64,000 bases of DNA from Nageia nagi (taxonomy: Eukaryota > Plantae > Pinophyta), in contig JBITNC010000001.1 of the NCBI GenBank assembly GCA_050084985.1, forward strand, positions 67,580,001 to 67,644,000, written 5' to 3'. The notes beneath the pieces were generated by a model. The model had not been told where the DNA came from. It was given only the letters and a program-made list of their open reading frames with translations, and made no database searches. Each line of letters opens with the position of its first letter. Position 1 is the stretch's first letter. Below, one piece after another: positions 1 through 12,984 of the stretch. A program made the position numbers and the translations under genes.

Positions 1-2097
1 ACAAAGTGCTCCTTTCCTGAATCCTGAAACCTGAAACCTTGTGGTTGGCACATGTAAGCTTCTTCCTCAAAATCTCCATTGAGGAAAGCACTCTTTTCGT
101 CCATTTGATGGACCTTCCAGCCATTTTGAGCTGCCTGGCTAGAACTAATATAATGGTGCTCATCTTTGTTGTAGAAGTAAAAGTCTCCTCATAGTCAATG
201 CCTTCTCACTGAAAGAACCCTTTTCCAACCAGTCATGCTTTATACTTGTCAAGTGTGCCATGTGTTTCTTAACTATTGGTAGAGATGTGAGATCCCGGAT
301 TTGATTTTTCATCAAACTCTCATTTTCAGTTGACATGGCCTTCTCCTATTCAGGTTTCCCTTTTTTCTCTTCAAACTCTTGTGGCTCATAAACCTCCCAA
401 ACATTGGCCATTAGAGCAAAGTTAACCATACTAGGTTGCTTGCTATTGTTCCTTGATGACCTTCCCTCAATCATTTCATCTGACTGAACATCTCCAATGG
501 TGCAAAGCCACCACTTTGGTCTCTTCTCAAGATGTGACTCATCCAAGGCAATGCTACCACCATGAACTGGGCTAGGAATATCAATGTCATTTGAATGTTG
601 ATTTGGGATTTCTGGATCAAGTGTGAAGCCACCTGGGAACTCATCATACTTAAAATCTTTCCTCTTTGTAGGTGGATCCATCTGAAGCTTGATTCTAGAA
701 TCTTCTTCTACCAATTTTGCCTCAACAAAAGCCTTGAAATGCCCATCCTCTTCATCAACTACAACATCTTTGTTAAAGCTCACTTTGTTAGTTGCAAGTT
801 GCAACATCAACCAACCTATAAGCTTTATGGCTGTCTCTATACCCAGTGAGATTCAGTTTCTTGCTCTTAGGGTCTAACTTGGTTCTTTATTCCTTTGGAA
901 TTCAAACATATGCAGTGGAACCAAAAAATGTAAGATGAATAACATTCGGTTTCCTTCCAGACCATAATATCTCAGGAGTATTCAACTTCACTGCCATTGT
1001 TGGAGATCTATTCAGAGGATTTGTAAATACTGCTTCAACCCAACATCTTTTTGGAAAAGCCTTGTTTTCCATCATACAACAAGCCATCTCTATGATAGTG
1101 TGATTCCATCTTTCAACCACTCCATTCTGTTGTGGAGTGTAGGGTGTAATAAAATGTCTTTTGATATCGTATTTAGCACAAAAGTTGTGGAATTCTTTTG
1201 AACAGAATTCTCCACCATTGTCAATCTACGAGTTGTAATAAAACAACCTGACTATTTTTATACTAATGCTTTGAACTTTTGAAATTCATTAAACACATCA
1301 AATTTCATCTTCAAAAAATACACCAACATTTTTCTACTATAATCACCAACAAAAAAAGGAAATACTTGGAACCTGTAATGGATGCCGTGTTCATTGGTCC
1401 ACAATGTCTGCATGAACCAATTGAAGGACTTTATTTGCTCTCCAAGCTTGTCTTTCAACAAATAGTGTTTTGTGTTTCTTTCCTGCATAGCAAGCTCCAC
1501 AAACACCACGTTTCAGCTATTGGATGTCAATAAGTCCATCTACCAATTTCTCACATGCCAACTGAGATAGGTAGATGCCCAAACCGCTGATGCCAAAGCA
1601 TATTAATGTTTGATGCACTTTTGGCTATGAATTCATGCACTCAAACTTGTCCAATGTCAACTAATTTGAACAGCCCATGATCCTGCACACCAAGACCAAT
1701 GGTTTTATTGGTCATTTTGTCAACTATGTACCATTTGTGATTGCTAAAGGTGATATCTAGATGGGGATAGTGCCTCATAATATAACTAACTGAGAGCTGA
1801 GAGTAGACTATGTTTCATTCCTAACACATAATACACATTTAGGAAAATCAACATTTCCCCTCCAAAATCAATTTGCACATGCACTTTGACTTCGATCTTA
1901 AAATTAGGATCCACAAGATGCATACTCTATCAACCAATCCTGCCTATTGCTGAAGCGGCTTCATGCACCTGAATCTATGTACCAAGCAAAGGAACTGAGC
2001 TAATATGTCTGTACTTTGGCCATGAATGTGTAGTTGTTTTCAAAAAATCTATGGTTGCTTTAAAACATAATACTGGTAGAGTTGTCATAACTACATG

Positions 2098-2958
2098 CTA
2101 GTTACTAGGTTCAGGTTAAAGTTCAAGTTCAAGTTCAAAAAATTCAGTATGATATTCGACATTAAATTCAATATACTAAAAACATGTTAAAATATTAATA
2201 TATACATACTCAAAATTAAACTATTGTACATCCATGCTAAAAATTAAAACATTTATATATAGATTAGAATATTTATATATAAATTAAAATTAAGATGTGT
2301 ATTATGTGCTTAAAATTATAATTTTATTTAAATTTAAATGTGCATTGCATGCTTATAATTAAAATTAAAATTAAAATGAAAATGTCCATTGTGTGCTTCA
2401 ACCTTTAGTATCTACTAGCGCAGGAATGAATGGATCAAGAGCTACTACGTTGCACCCGATTTCAATCGAGGCACAGCCGATGCTAAGTTGGATTACGTGG
2501 TTGGCTTCCCCCACTGTGCATTCCTGGAACTGGGCGAGCACTACATTAGGTGGTATACATTCGGCAAGGACCCGCTATTACGAAGGATTTGCTCTACATG
2601 TTCTATTACACCCACCCCAAGAACTTGAACTTGCCTTTTAACAGATGCATCGTGAAGCAATCTAAAGTTCTCAATTATAAACTATATGTGACTACGATGT
2701 TGATTGGGCCTACAACCCACAAGTTGAATTTTGTAGGGGTTTCTCAACCATTCAAAGCTACTAGCACAAGTGTATCTGAAGACACAAACATGGGGGAAAC
2801 ATGTGCATGAGGGTTTTCGAACAAATTTCATGTGAAATCTCAACGAACCAATTCCAGCCAAATTTTATAGACGAATTTCAAAGAACAAAATCAACCAAGC
2901 ATAAAATTCAGTGAATTTCGAAATCCATAACAGAAATTCGTTGAATTTCGTAACTTAG
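2098..2958. mobile_element. Non-autonomous hAT-like element
   Basis: Imperfect TIRs CTAGTTAC / GTAACTTAG; degenerate 8-bp TSD ACTACATG / ACTATAAG; GTTCA and GAATTTCG subterminal repeats; interrupts the copia. Confidence 0.6.
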
Positions 2959-3216
2959 ACTATAAGTCATTCAATACTGAAATAGAGGTAAATACTTGTT
3001 CTTCCTTCCCTCAATCCAAAGTAAGAACTCTTGGATACTAGCTCTAAACAACTATAGTAGGCATGTATCGCTTGTTGAAACTCACCATGTTAACAATCAA
3101 TCCTTCCAAATATACCAATATGTCAACAACGCAGGTAAAAATAGCAATATGTCATTCTTCCACACAAGATAATCTTCAATCATCAACAGACTAGCCTCAT
3201 GCACATCACCCAAAAG

Positions 3217-4940
3217 CATAGTTACCAGGTTTGGCAAAACCTAGGCCATGTTTGGTCCAAAACAAATTCTTTGAAAAAAGCGAACCTATGTGGTTTGGTT
3301 CACCCAATCTCATCTATAAAATGCGGGCAAAACTGGAAGGAAGAATCATGCATTAAAAATGTGCGAAAAACCCATGAGAACATAACACAAAGAGCATATG
3401 CAACATGAAGCACGCTGTAGGCATGACATAAACTAGTATTCAATGAACTGGCAAAACAAGATAACAAATATGTTGAGTGGCAAACAATGAAGACAACAGG
3501 TGCCACAATCTCTCCACAACATAGTTGTATATTTCCCAACACAAACGACGTTGTATATTTCCCCTATAGGATGTACTCTAAGTCATCATATATTTCTCTA
3601 GCAAAGGTCGTCAAACATCATGATCTCTCCATTGTAGTAGATGGCATCATATACCTTGCTCGAATGGGAAGCTCTTCCCAATTTGGGCCATCAATGTGCT
3701 TCCATTGTATGGGCACAGGAATTGTAGCAATTCACGCGAACGCTAGATTTGTCTGCAACTTGAACACAATTGTGGGCAACTCTGATGGAATTAATCAAAC
3801 TCAACTCGGAGATATAATTTGTTAAGTTTGTAACTATTTAATGTTTTTAATTTTTATTTAATGTTTAATTTTTATATTTAATAGTTTAATGATGACATAT
3901 AATATCTACTAGTTTAATGATATGTAATATAATATCAAGATTCCACCAGAACGCGTTCCCCACCCTAGAAGATGCGTTCCCAACATTCCTTGCTTTGGTG
4001 ACCGTTTTCTAAGCGTTACTTGTTTTTGGGGAACAGCCTAAACGTTCTCGGGAACATCCCAAGGGCATAGAGAACCGTTCCCTCTTTTTGGGATCTTTGG
4101 GAACACCTGGCCATTCCTGGGAGCACCCTAACCATTCCTGAGAACATCCGAGCATTCCCCAAATAGTGGGTCCCACCAATATCTTTACCCCTCAAACCCT
4201 AAAAGTTGTTAAAACTCAACAAGCAAACTGTAACAAAATAGAAGAAATCCGAAAAAATAAGCGTACAGATGGGAAAAAAGATCTGGAAATTGACTTCACC
4301 TCCTAACAAAAGTGACACTATATATGAATGCAAAGATGAAGTTCATTTTATACTCATTTTTTGGCATTTTGATTTGACATATTCATGTCCAAGTCTACTC
4401 TATGTATATAATTTTAGTATTTACAGTTTTACTACTATGATTTCAAACTTTAATATTTCTGATATGAGATTTCACTTCTATTATTATTTACTAGACCGAT
4501 TCAAACTTAATGACATTATGTGATGGTTATGTCTACAGTCTTCTGATCATTAATTATGGCTCATTTTGATATTCTGATTCATACTTGATTTCTGATTTTA
4601 GTTCCAAGTTTTGTATACATATTTGAAATGATATAATAATGAATTAGAAATAATGAAATTTCAAAAGTCTGAAAATTTCAGGAATTTTGACTAGTATTTT
4701 AATAGGCGTTCCCGAGGTGTTCGCTAAAAATGACCTCCGTCGTTCCCTATTCCCGGGAACCTGTTCCCCTACTCCCTCGTTCCGGAGGCCTTGTGGAATC
4801 TTGTATAATATCTAATAGTTTAATAGAAATATTAAAATATTTAGTTTTTTGTATATTTCCGAACCAAACCAATCCTTTTTCAAAATTCTGAACTTTTTTG
4901 TCTTTCATTCAAACTGAACGCACTATAATTGGTAGCTATG
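3217..4940. mobile_element. Non-autonomous hAT-like element containing a nested MITE
   Basis: TIRs CATAGTTACCA / TGGTAGCTATG; 8-bp TSD CCCAAAAG / CCCCAAAG. Confidence 0.75.
3936..4803. mobile_element. hAT-type MITE
   Basis: Perfect 11-bp TIR CAAGATTCCAC / GTGGAATCTTG; perfect 8-bp TSD TATAATAT; many CGTTCCC/GGGAAC subterminal motifs. Confidence 0.9.
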
Positions 4941-5078
4941 CCCCAAAGCACAATCGACGTCCCACAAATGTCACCAACAACCACCACACAGATCGGATTT
5001 CACAACCCAACAAAAACTTTCAACTTCACTTTCAATTTTGATTCAAGAGAAGATGTCATGCCCAAAATTTTTGATTAG

Positions 5079-5090
5079 GCTCCAATACCA
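5079..5090 (-). other. Primer binding site (tRNA-iMet type) of the copia element
   Basis: TGGTATTGGAGC directly after the LTR-terminal CA; close to canonical TGGTATCAGAGC. Confidence 0.75.
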
Positions 5091-6253
5091 TGTTTTGATT
5101 TCTCAATTATTGAAGGATAGAAAGTCTCCTTATATAAACTTACAAAAAGCATGTGAGGAGAGAAAGTCTCCTTAATTACAAAAAGCAGAAACTATCTAAA
5201 GCAGAATGCTTCTATTTTGAAAAATAGCAACTAATAAACTAGTCTTAATAACTTTATTAATGCCTAAATCTAGTAACTAATTGACCATTATTCTTCTAAC
5301 ATTAATCTAACAATGTGCTCATTATAGCAATTCAAAAACTCTCTTATTCATAATCTCTTGCTTATCTGCTTTCTTTTGATCAACAATGAATTTTGTCTAT
5401 TTAATATTCCAGTTCACAACATTGTCTTTTATCACATGGCTTTGTATTTAGTGACTTAAATGATTGGCTTTACCACCACCACCACCATGAGATCTGAGGA
5501 AAATTCCACTGCCTCTTCAAGAGTGGCACTCTCTATCCACATTCTTCAATTAGGAGGATTGACTCAAACTTTACATTAGGGAGGTGACCCAGTTTCGCAG
5601 TCAGAGGAGCTCTCATCCAGACACCTCTCAACCCCAGAATCTCAACTTATCACAAACTACTTCACCAACTTTGATAGACAAAGGAGAGATACTGTTATTG
5701 GTCAAAAATGACAGGCACCAACCCTTCCAAACATCAACAGAGTTGCTAGACATTGCACCCACAAATATTTGAGACCCTAGATCAATGATGAGCAAAGATA
5801 GATAATTGACTTCTTCAACAATGATTCCTCGGCCTTCAATGTTAGAAAAGACTAGTACATGAGATTGAGGACCAACCCTTCATCTTCATAGAGCATGTTT
5901 CACTCCTTATATTTATTTTGTTTTCTTTTTGTTGGGCACCTTTGGTCCCCCACTTGTTATTTTTAATGTACTCTGTTCACAGTCCCTTGGGTCATTTTTG
6001 ACCCACCGTGGACATTAATAAAATTTCATTTCATTCCTGAGGATGTTAAAACACACATTGTGTTCTCGATTATTTATGAAACTTGTGTTTTTGGAATACA
6101 TTGACTGCTCATCTATGATCTAATTCAATGTTTCTTTCCTTTATTGTTATTGTCATTAGTTATCTTTTACTCTGCATTATTTGATTTTCTCTCTAAATTT
6201 ATATTTATCTCAAAGAGCTTGATTTATGACTTCTATTTCCATTTCTGCCATTG

Positions 6254-6508
6254 TTTATGTGCACATATTGTACTGTTTGTAGATGGTCTTTTCTTTCTCA
6301 GATTTCTCAGTGTATGAATAATATAGTTTCTCAATATTAAATTGCATGCATGCAATATATCTTCTTTATTTCTAGTACTGGTTTATTTATGTGCACATAT
6401 TGTACTGTTTGTAGATGGTCTTTTCTTTCTCAGATTTCTCAGTGTATGAATAATATAGTTTCTCAATATTAAATTGCATGCGTGCAATATATCATCTTTA
6501 TTTCTAGT
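6254..6508. repeat. Tandem duplication, 2 copies, period 132 bp
   Basis: TTTATGTGCACATATTGTACTG...TTTCTAGT at 6254 and again at 6386, nearly identical. Confidence 0.9.
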
Positions 6509-7239
6509 TCAAGTTTAAAGTGTCCTATGGTCCTGTCTGATCATGCCTGGGTTGTATAGAATTTATTTCATCATCCATTTCAGTCAGAAGTTCAATACCG
6601 AATACCACAAACAGGCATACAAACCAGACAAATGCAAAATAAATTAACACAAAGGATGATGAAGAAATTCATAGGACACACGTGATTAATACTTTATCTA
6701 TTAGACAAGGAAGGTCAAATATAAATACATAATAGATAAAATACGTGCATGTTGGCCCCAAGTCAAGCTTAAGATAATATGTCAATATAATTTCTCAACA
6801 ACCCTGTAAGATTGATTGCAGATCAATACAAAAATTAACATATGATTAACACCAGTGATGACAACCCAAGCCAACCTGCTACCACTCTCCACATGTCCCA
6901 CCCATGCTGACAAAATCATAATAAATTAGCATTGGATTCTACCTCAACTCTCCAGAATCTTCAGCTGCACTAATGAAACTTCAAAGAAATGTTTCTCATT
7001 AACACCATACTTATCAGGATGCTCTCTTTAGTCATCATCACATTTGATATGAAAACTATTGCAAACATCCATAGGGGATCTTATCAAGGACATATGGGAT
7101 GTTATGAACCAGCCAGTAAGAATTACAGAAATTACTAATATTCTGCAATATTTCCAAATAAATGCAGCAGAAAATCCACAATAAAAAGATAGGGAAACAG
7201 CAACTAAAGTAAAAAGAGTAACATTTGCAATTTCTAAGA

Positions 7240-10200
7240 TGAAGTTATTAGTGGAGGTGCATTCGGGATGAAGTCTCAATTAGCAAGAATTTCTAGGCAA
7301 AATGTTAGACCTTGCGCCCATGTGGATGTTGATGTCCAAAGGCAAATGAATGCTTACTTGGAGACTCAAGCACAAAAAAATGAAACAAGGAAAAGAACAC
7401 AAGAAGAAATAGCCAAACCTCCATCTTATCCATCTCCACCTCCACCCAGTGCAAAACAAACCAATAGGATTAGGCATCCAACACCACTTAGCATTTTAGT
7501 TTCTGCAGACGCTAAGAGTGCAGTTAGATGCAATTTCTTCGCACCAAGTGGTGGCCAAACCACACTTGATGTGGTATGGTATAGAGATAAGTTTAAAGAA
7601 GCCAGAAAGGCAATGGGAAATTTCTAGTATTACTCTGATATTCCATTCGATATGGCAAACTCGTCATATTGGGACTACATGGTTGCAAGCTTGCAGCAAT
7701 TGCAGCTTGTGGTCCATGATTCAAAGCACCAAACTACAATGACTTGCAAGGACCTATACTGGATGAGGTTGTTACAGACATTAGGAGGGTCATTGAGGAA
7801 CAAAGAAAGATTTGGAGAAAAAAAGGTTGCAGCATTCTCACTGATGGTTGGAATGATAAGAGTGGAAGCGATTTGTTGAACTTTTTGGTTTCTTCTTCAA
7901 AAGGTCTAGTCTTCCTGATGTTAGTGGATGCATCAATAAAAAAATAAAAAAATTGTTGATTATTTATTTGGCCAACTGCAAGAGGTCATTGAGTAAGTGG
8001 GGTTTGAAAACGTTGTCCAAATAAATAATAATGTTTTTATCTATTTCATTTTTGTTTATTTTGTGCAAGTTATCATTTTTTATTTTAATTTTTAATAATT
8101 AAATTTTTATTTAAATTTTATGTTGTGAAGGTTATCACGGATAATGTTTTAGTAGGGAAGATGATTGAGTATGAATACCCCACCATTTCTTGGACTCCTT
8201 CTGCTGCACATGTCCTCAATTTACTTCTTGAGGACATTGGAAAGACTAACTAGATCAAGGATGTTGTAGAAAAAGCAAAGAATATCACCAAGTTTATCGA
8301 CAATCATTTTTGAGTCCTCCATTTGATGGGAACAGAATTCAAAGACAAAAGGGGCCTAGTATGTGCAAGTAAATTTTCTATCATTTCTTAATTTTCATTT
8401 CATTTATTTTTAATTTTTTCAATTTTTAATTAAATTAATTTTTTGAATTTTGCATGTAAGGCTACACGAATTGCAACATTATTTCTTTCATTGTAGAGTG
8501 TTTATAACTAACGACTTGCATTTAAGCAAACATTTATGTGCAACAAATGGATGGAGTCCAACTATGCACATGAACCAAATGGCAAGAATGTCATTAATGC
8601 AGTCTTTAATGATAATAGTTGGATGACAACACATGAGGCTATTAAGGTATAATTCTATTTCAACTTTTCCATTTTTCTCTGCTATCAATATTTAATTAAT
8701 TAAAAGTTTTATTAATTTAATTGCATAATTTGCTTTACAGATTTCAAAGCCTTAGTGAAGGTGTTTCACCTTGTGGACTCAGACAAAGCCTCTATGGGGT
8801 ACCTTTAGAAGGCAATGGATAGGGTCAAGGAAGCCATTGAATCTTTCTATGCTCATGATGAAACCAAGCTTCATCCCAACCTGTAAATGCAATGGGGTTG
8901 TACTTGAACCCCAAGTTCTTTTACAGGGAAAGATTTGACATTACGAATGGGGAGATTAACTGAGGTATCCACTATTAATCAACTAGTCATTTACTAGACT
9001 ATTAACAAATTGAGGATTTTGATTTCAATTTTCAAGAATCAAGTTTGATTTTAATTTTCAACTTAATTTTGATGGGCATTTACAAGTTTTCCCATCGCCA
9101 CTAAACATTTGGTGGATGATGTGGATACTAGGCGCAAAATTTTAAACGAAAAGATTCAAGATTACAAGAAAGCACAAGGCTATTTGTTTCCGTTCACACA
9201 ATGTGTAAATGCAAGTACAACTCTAGTTCCAAGCAACAAAATGCATTTTTAATTTTTTTAAGTGAATTGTCCAATTGTTACACATGTTAAAAATGAAAAT
9301 CTTATTTGTTTTTTTTGTGTTTTATTTTTCCAGATCTATGGTGAGAGGATTATGGCGGTAATTCACAAAATCTTCAGAAAGTGGCTATCAAAATCTTATC
9401 CCAACCATGTAGTGTTGTTGGGTGTGAGCGAAACTAGAGCACTTTCGAGCATAAATATTTAAAGAAGCGCAATAGGATCAACTAGGAGCGCTTGAAAGAT
9501 TTAGCTTTTATGCATTACAACCTTCGCCTCCGTCATAGATTGATTGAAGGAAATAGTAATAAGGTGGTGGAGTTGGATGAAATTGATGTAAATGAATCAT
9601 GCTCTTTATAGTTGAGGGGTGTGCTAGAGAGGTCAGTGACACTGATTTCTATTTTCAAGTTAACGATAACCTATTGAATTTGAATATTCAATATATTTTA
9701 TTTGCTTTTGACGGGCATTAACAATTTTACAGTTTTAGGAGTTTGATTTCACCTATGAGAATGTTGAAAGGTTTGAAGAAGAAGCTATTGCAATGGTAGA
9801 GGAAGAGGAAAGGGCTAGAGTATCAAGATTAGAGTCACAACCACAAGTAGCGGATCCATCATATTCCCAAGAAGAAGTAGAAGAAGAACCAACAAGAACC
9901 AAGGCTAAAGCAGCAAAAGAGAGATAGAGAAAGGGAAAACGAACACAATATAAATAAATGTTTTAGTTCAGATTTTGTTTTGTCAAATTGGAAATCTTTG
10001 ATGTATTTTTGCTCCTTGGACATTCGATATTTAATACAAAACTCTACAATTTCCAATGTTACATTATGTTTTCACTTATGTAATGTGTTATTTCATATGG
10101 AATGTTGTCTTATTTGATGTACATTGTTGAGAGATAGCTAAAAATGACTTGCTTCAATGTCAAACTGGGAAAATTGGTTTTTCTTATTTGCCTGATTTTT

Positions 10201-10283
10201 TTGTCGATTCCAATCCAATTCTCGATTAATTTGAATCCTCTAGCCAAAAGATTCCAATCCAATTCTGATTTTGTTAACTTTTG
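7240..10283 (+). mobile_element. Decayed hAT transposon with DUF659 / hAT-dimerisation transposase pseudogene, 5'-truncated
   Basis: BED-finger tail GGAFGMKSQLARISRQNVRPC, GCSILTDGWND, WTPSAAHVLNLLLEDIGK, LVKVFHLVDSDKASMGYL, LQKVAIKILSQPCSVVGCERN, KRNRI..ERLKDLAFMHYNLRL. Probable 3' end TGTTAACTTTTG with GATTCCAATCC subterminal repeats. Confidence 0.88.
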
Positions 10284-11271
10284 GTCACAACTAGACTCCA
10301 TTTATTTCTTTTGGTGACAATAGTTGTTTCAATATTACTTCAAGTATCCATAAGTGTTACAACATAGGTTACGCGGGCCATAGTTATTATCTCTTAGATG
10401 CTAAGTGCACCCATTTGCCTCTCATTATGATATATATGTCAAAATTGCCTCTCCTCATTGTCTCCATGTTTTTCCCCACTCATTATGATATGGATGTGGA
10501 TATATTGTGACTTTAAGGTTTTGGTTCTCTGAATTTTTCTCCTTTGAATCTTGAGTAGAAGGGTAAGAGATTCCTTCATCTTTCTTCAAGAATTCTCTAA
10601 GAATATCTTCTTTACACCCTTCATTTTCTTTATCTAAATTTCTTTCTCTGTTATCACCATCTTGTTCTTCATTTTCTTTATCTTTATCTGAATTTCTTTC
10701 TTTGCTATCATTATTCTTTTCTTCTTTTTTCAAATTTTTTTTATGAACTTATTTCTTTGTTATCACCATCCTCTCCTTCATTTTCTTTATCTTGATCCAA
10801 ATTCCTGTTTTTTGCAATCACCATCCTCTTCTTTTTCATTTTTATATTTTCTTCTTCTGAATTTAATTCTTTTCTATCAACACTTTATTTTTCATTTTTG
10901 TTTTCTCCTGCTTTCTGAATTTGTCCCTCTTCTTATGAAAAATCTTGTGAAGTTACCTCTTTTTTCCTATACCAAAGCTTCATGAAGGTTTTCTGCATGT
11001 TAAGAGTGATAGTTCTCAAGCTTTGCAACCATTTTTGATGAAGACAAACATAAATATCTTCTATCTTAAACATATAAAAATCTGAAAGCAGTATATATAA
11101 ATAATGACTTTACATCAGGGTGATGTGATAATTGAAACTTCTCAAGTAAAGGTTTGTCTCCTCAATGTCCGTGTACTGAATGTGCAAACATTTTGCCATG
11201 TCTTGTTGATGAACCTTTCATTAGTTGTAGGATATGTGAAAACAATAGCTTCCTTTTTTAGGATGCACCCT

Positions 11272-12630
11272 TGTGTAGACACCTCAAAATTGCATATCTT
11301 GAGCACACGTCCTAGCAAACACCAGCATTAAAGCACCTTGGTCAAATCAGTCAAGCAGGTCATCCTGCCAACCGGCCTACCAGTCAGTTAATCGGCATGC
11401 CGATCAGTCTGTCAACCCTGATCAGCTTGGCGGTCAGTCGGTCGTTCAGCGGGTTAGGTTTAAGTCACATTTAAAAGGTCAAAAGCGTTTCTTGTCTCTC
11501 TAACTCCATTTGGAATCTGACTTCCGTGAATATTCTAAGCAAACCACTGATCCGCTATCACCTTGAGCCAAACTTGCAAACCCTAAGCTATGTAGCATTG
11601 CATGTCCTATCCTTCGAATTCTAAGGCAACCACCATGAACATATGAGAGCTTTTTCACCATTTCAGCAGAGTTGCAACAAGCTTTTGTGTTTTTCCATGT
11701 GCATGGAGGCATTTGGAGCTATGGAGACCACATGTATCCTTCTTTTAGCTTATATTTTGTTTTTACTGTTTGCATGTAGCTGCATGTAGGCTAAGCTCAT
11801 GCTAGGATTTTGATCACTTAGGGTTTTATCAATTCTTTTAGCATTTGAGCATTTATCATTGGTATAGAGCATAGATCTGTAACATGTATGAGGATATTAT
11901 CATAGATCCATAGCATGCACTAACATTTGGCATAGATCTTTAACATGCACATCATTTTATCAGCAAAAAAAGCAAGAATTCTAGCATAGCATAGCATCAT
12001 ATCATTTTGCATTAAGCATGGAGCTATTTTTGTTGTCTATATGATTATAGACGAGGGGGCTTACATCGCCTTTTAGCTAAGGTTTACCCTATTGGCTCAT
12101 CTCCAAGGTCTCAAGGACTTGAAGATCGAAGTTCCCCACTAACATTTTGTGCATGCAAGGTGTTAGACATCAAAAAAAAGCAAGAGATCACAGCAATAGA
12201 TAAACTCTTCATCATTCTTTTTGTTGTAGAATCTTTGGATCTTTATTCAAAAGTATTAAGGGTAAGAAATAGGGTACTACACCTTGAACCAAGAATATTG
12301 AAAGAAATTTAATGAAAGTCATTTCATGTTCCTTTTATTTTCTTTTCCTTTTTGCTTGTCTTTTGAATTTTTTTATTTATCTTTTCAATCGTCATATCTA
12401 ATCATGTTAGTACCAAAATGAAAATCAAGCCTAAGATCATACCTTATTTCCTCTTGGTTCTTATAGCAAACACTTAATATTGCACTTTCCTCGTTATCAA
12501 TATTTGGCTCATCAAAGTTCTCAATGAGCATATACACAAACTTTTTTCATGTTGGTTCATTATTCATTATTTTTATCTTCAATTTGAGCACTTGCCAAAC
12601 CTTGTTTCTCAAATATTTTGCAGCTACACA
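11272..12630. mobile_element. Solo LTR, 1359 bp (gypsy/Tat-like termini)
   Basis: Inverted termini TGTGTAG...CTACACA; perfect 5-bp TSD ACCCT; no internal coding region. Confidence 0.88.
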
Positions 12631-12984
12631 ACCCTTAGTCTTGTGGACATATCATGCACTTTGAATTGTGTTTCAATTTCGTTTATCAAACCAATAGGAT
12701 CAATACCATCAAATCTTCTAATTTGCAATTTAGGTACATTTCCAATCTTGGCCTAACAAACCAAAGCTCTTGTTCAAAATCAAAACCAAAATTATATTAT
12801 CATTTCTACCAAAGTATTTGGGTAATAACTTGTACTCCATACTTCATCCCAAGATAACTATGATTTCAAAGCTAGGTGTATATCCATACATAATAAATTC
12901 TTTATTAAAGCCCCGGTGTACTTTACTTGCAATCATGAGTTCATTTTAAGATCCCCGGGAGTTTTTCTGGAGCAGATAAAGCAT

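Larger units (their letters stand above)
1..5301 (-). mobile_element. Decayed Ty1/copia LTR retrotransposon (5' LTR, PBS, remnant gag, protease, integrase, start of RT), interrupted by hAT-type elements
   Basis: Minus strand shows LTR TGTTAG...AAAACA (5091-5301), PBS TGGTATTGGAGC, protease WYIDSGA (~1960-1985), integrase TPQQNGVVERWNHTIIEMA and GDYSRKMLVYFLK, and RT residues at 1-330. INT precedes RT; many stops and frameshifts. Confidence 0.88.

Noticed and set aside
6829-6840. CAAAAATTAACA as the left TIR of the hAT transposon
   Set aside because: It matches the right end 11/12, but the flanks give no 8-bp TSD and there are no subterminal repeats; likely chance in AT-rich DNA.
10455-10985. 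Charged K/E/N/D-rich ORF
   Set aside because: Low-complexity degenerate repeat within a gypsy remnant, with no splice structure or recognisable domain.
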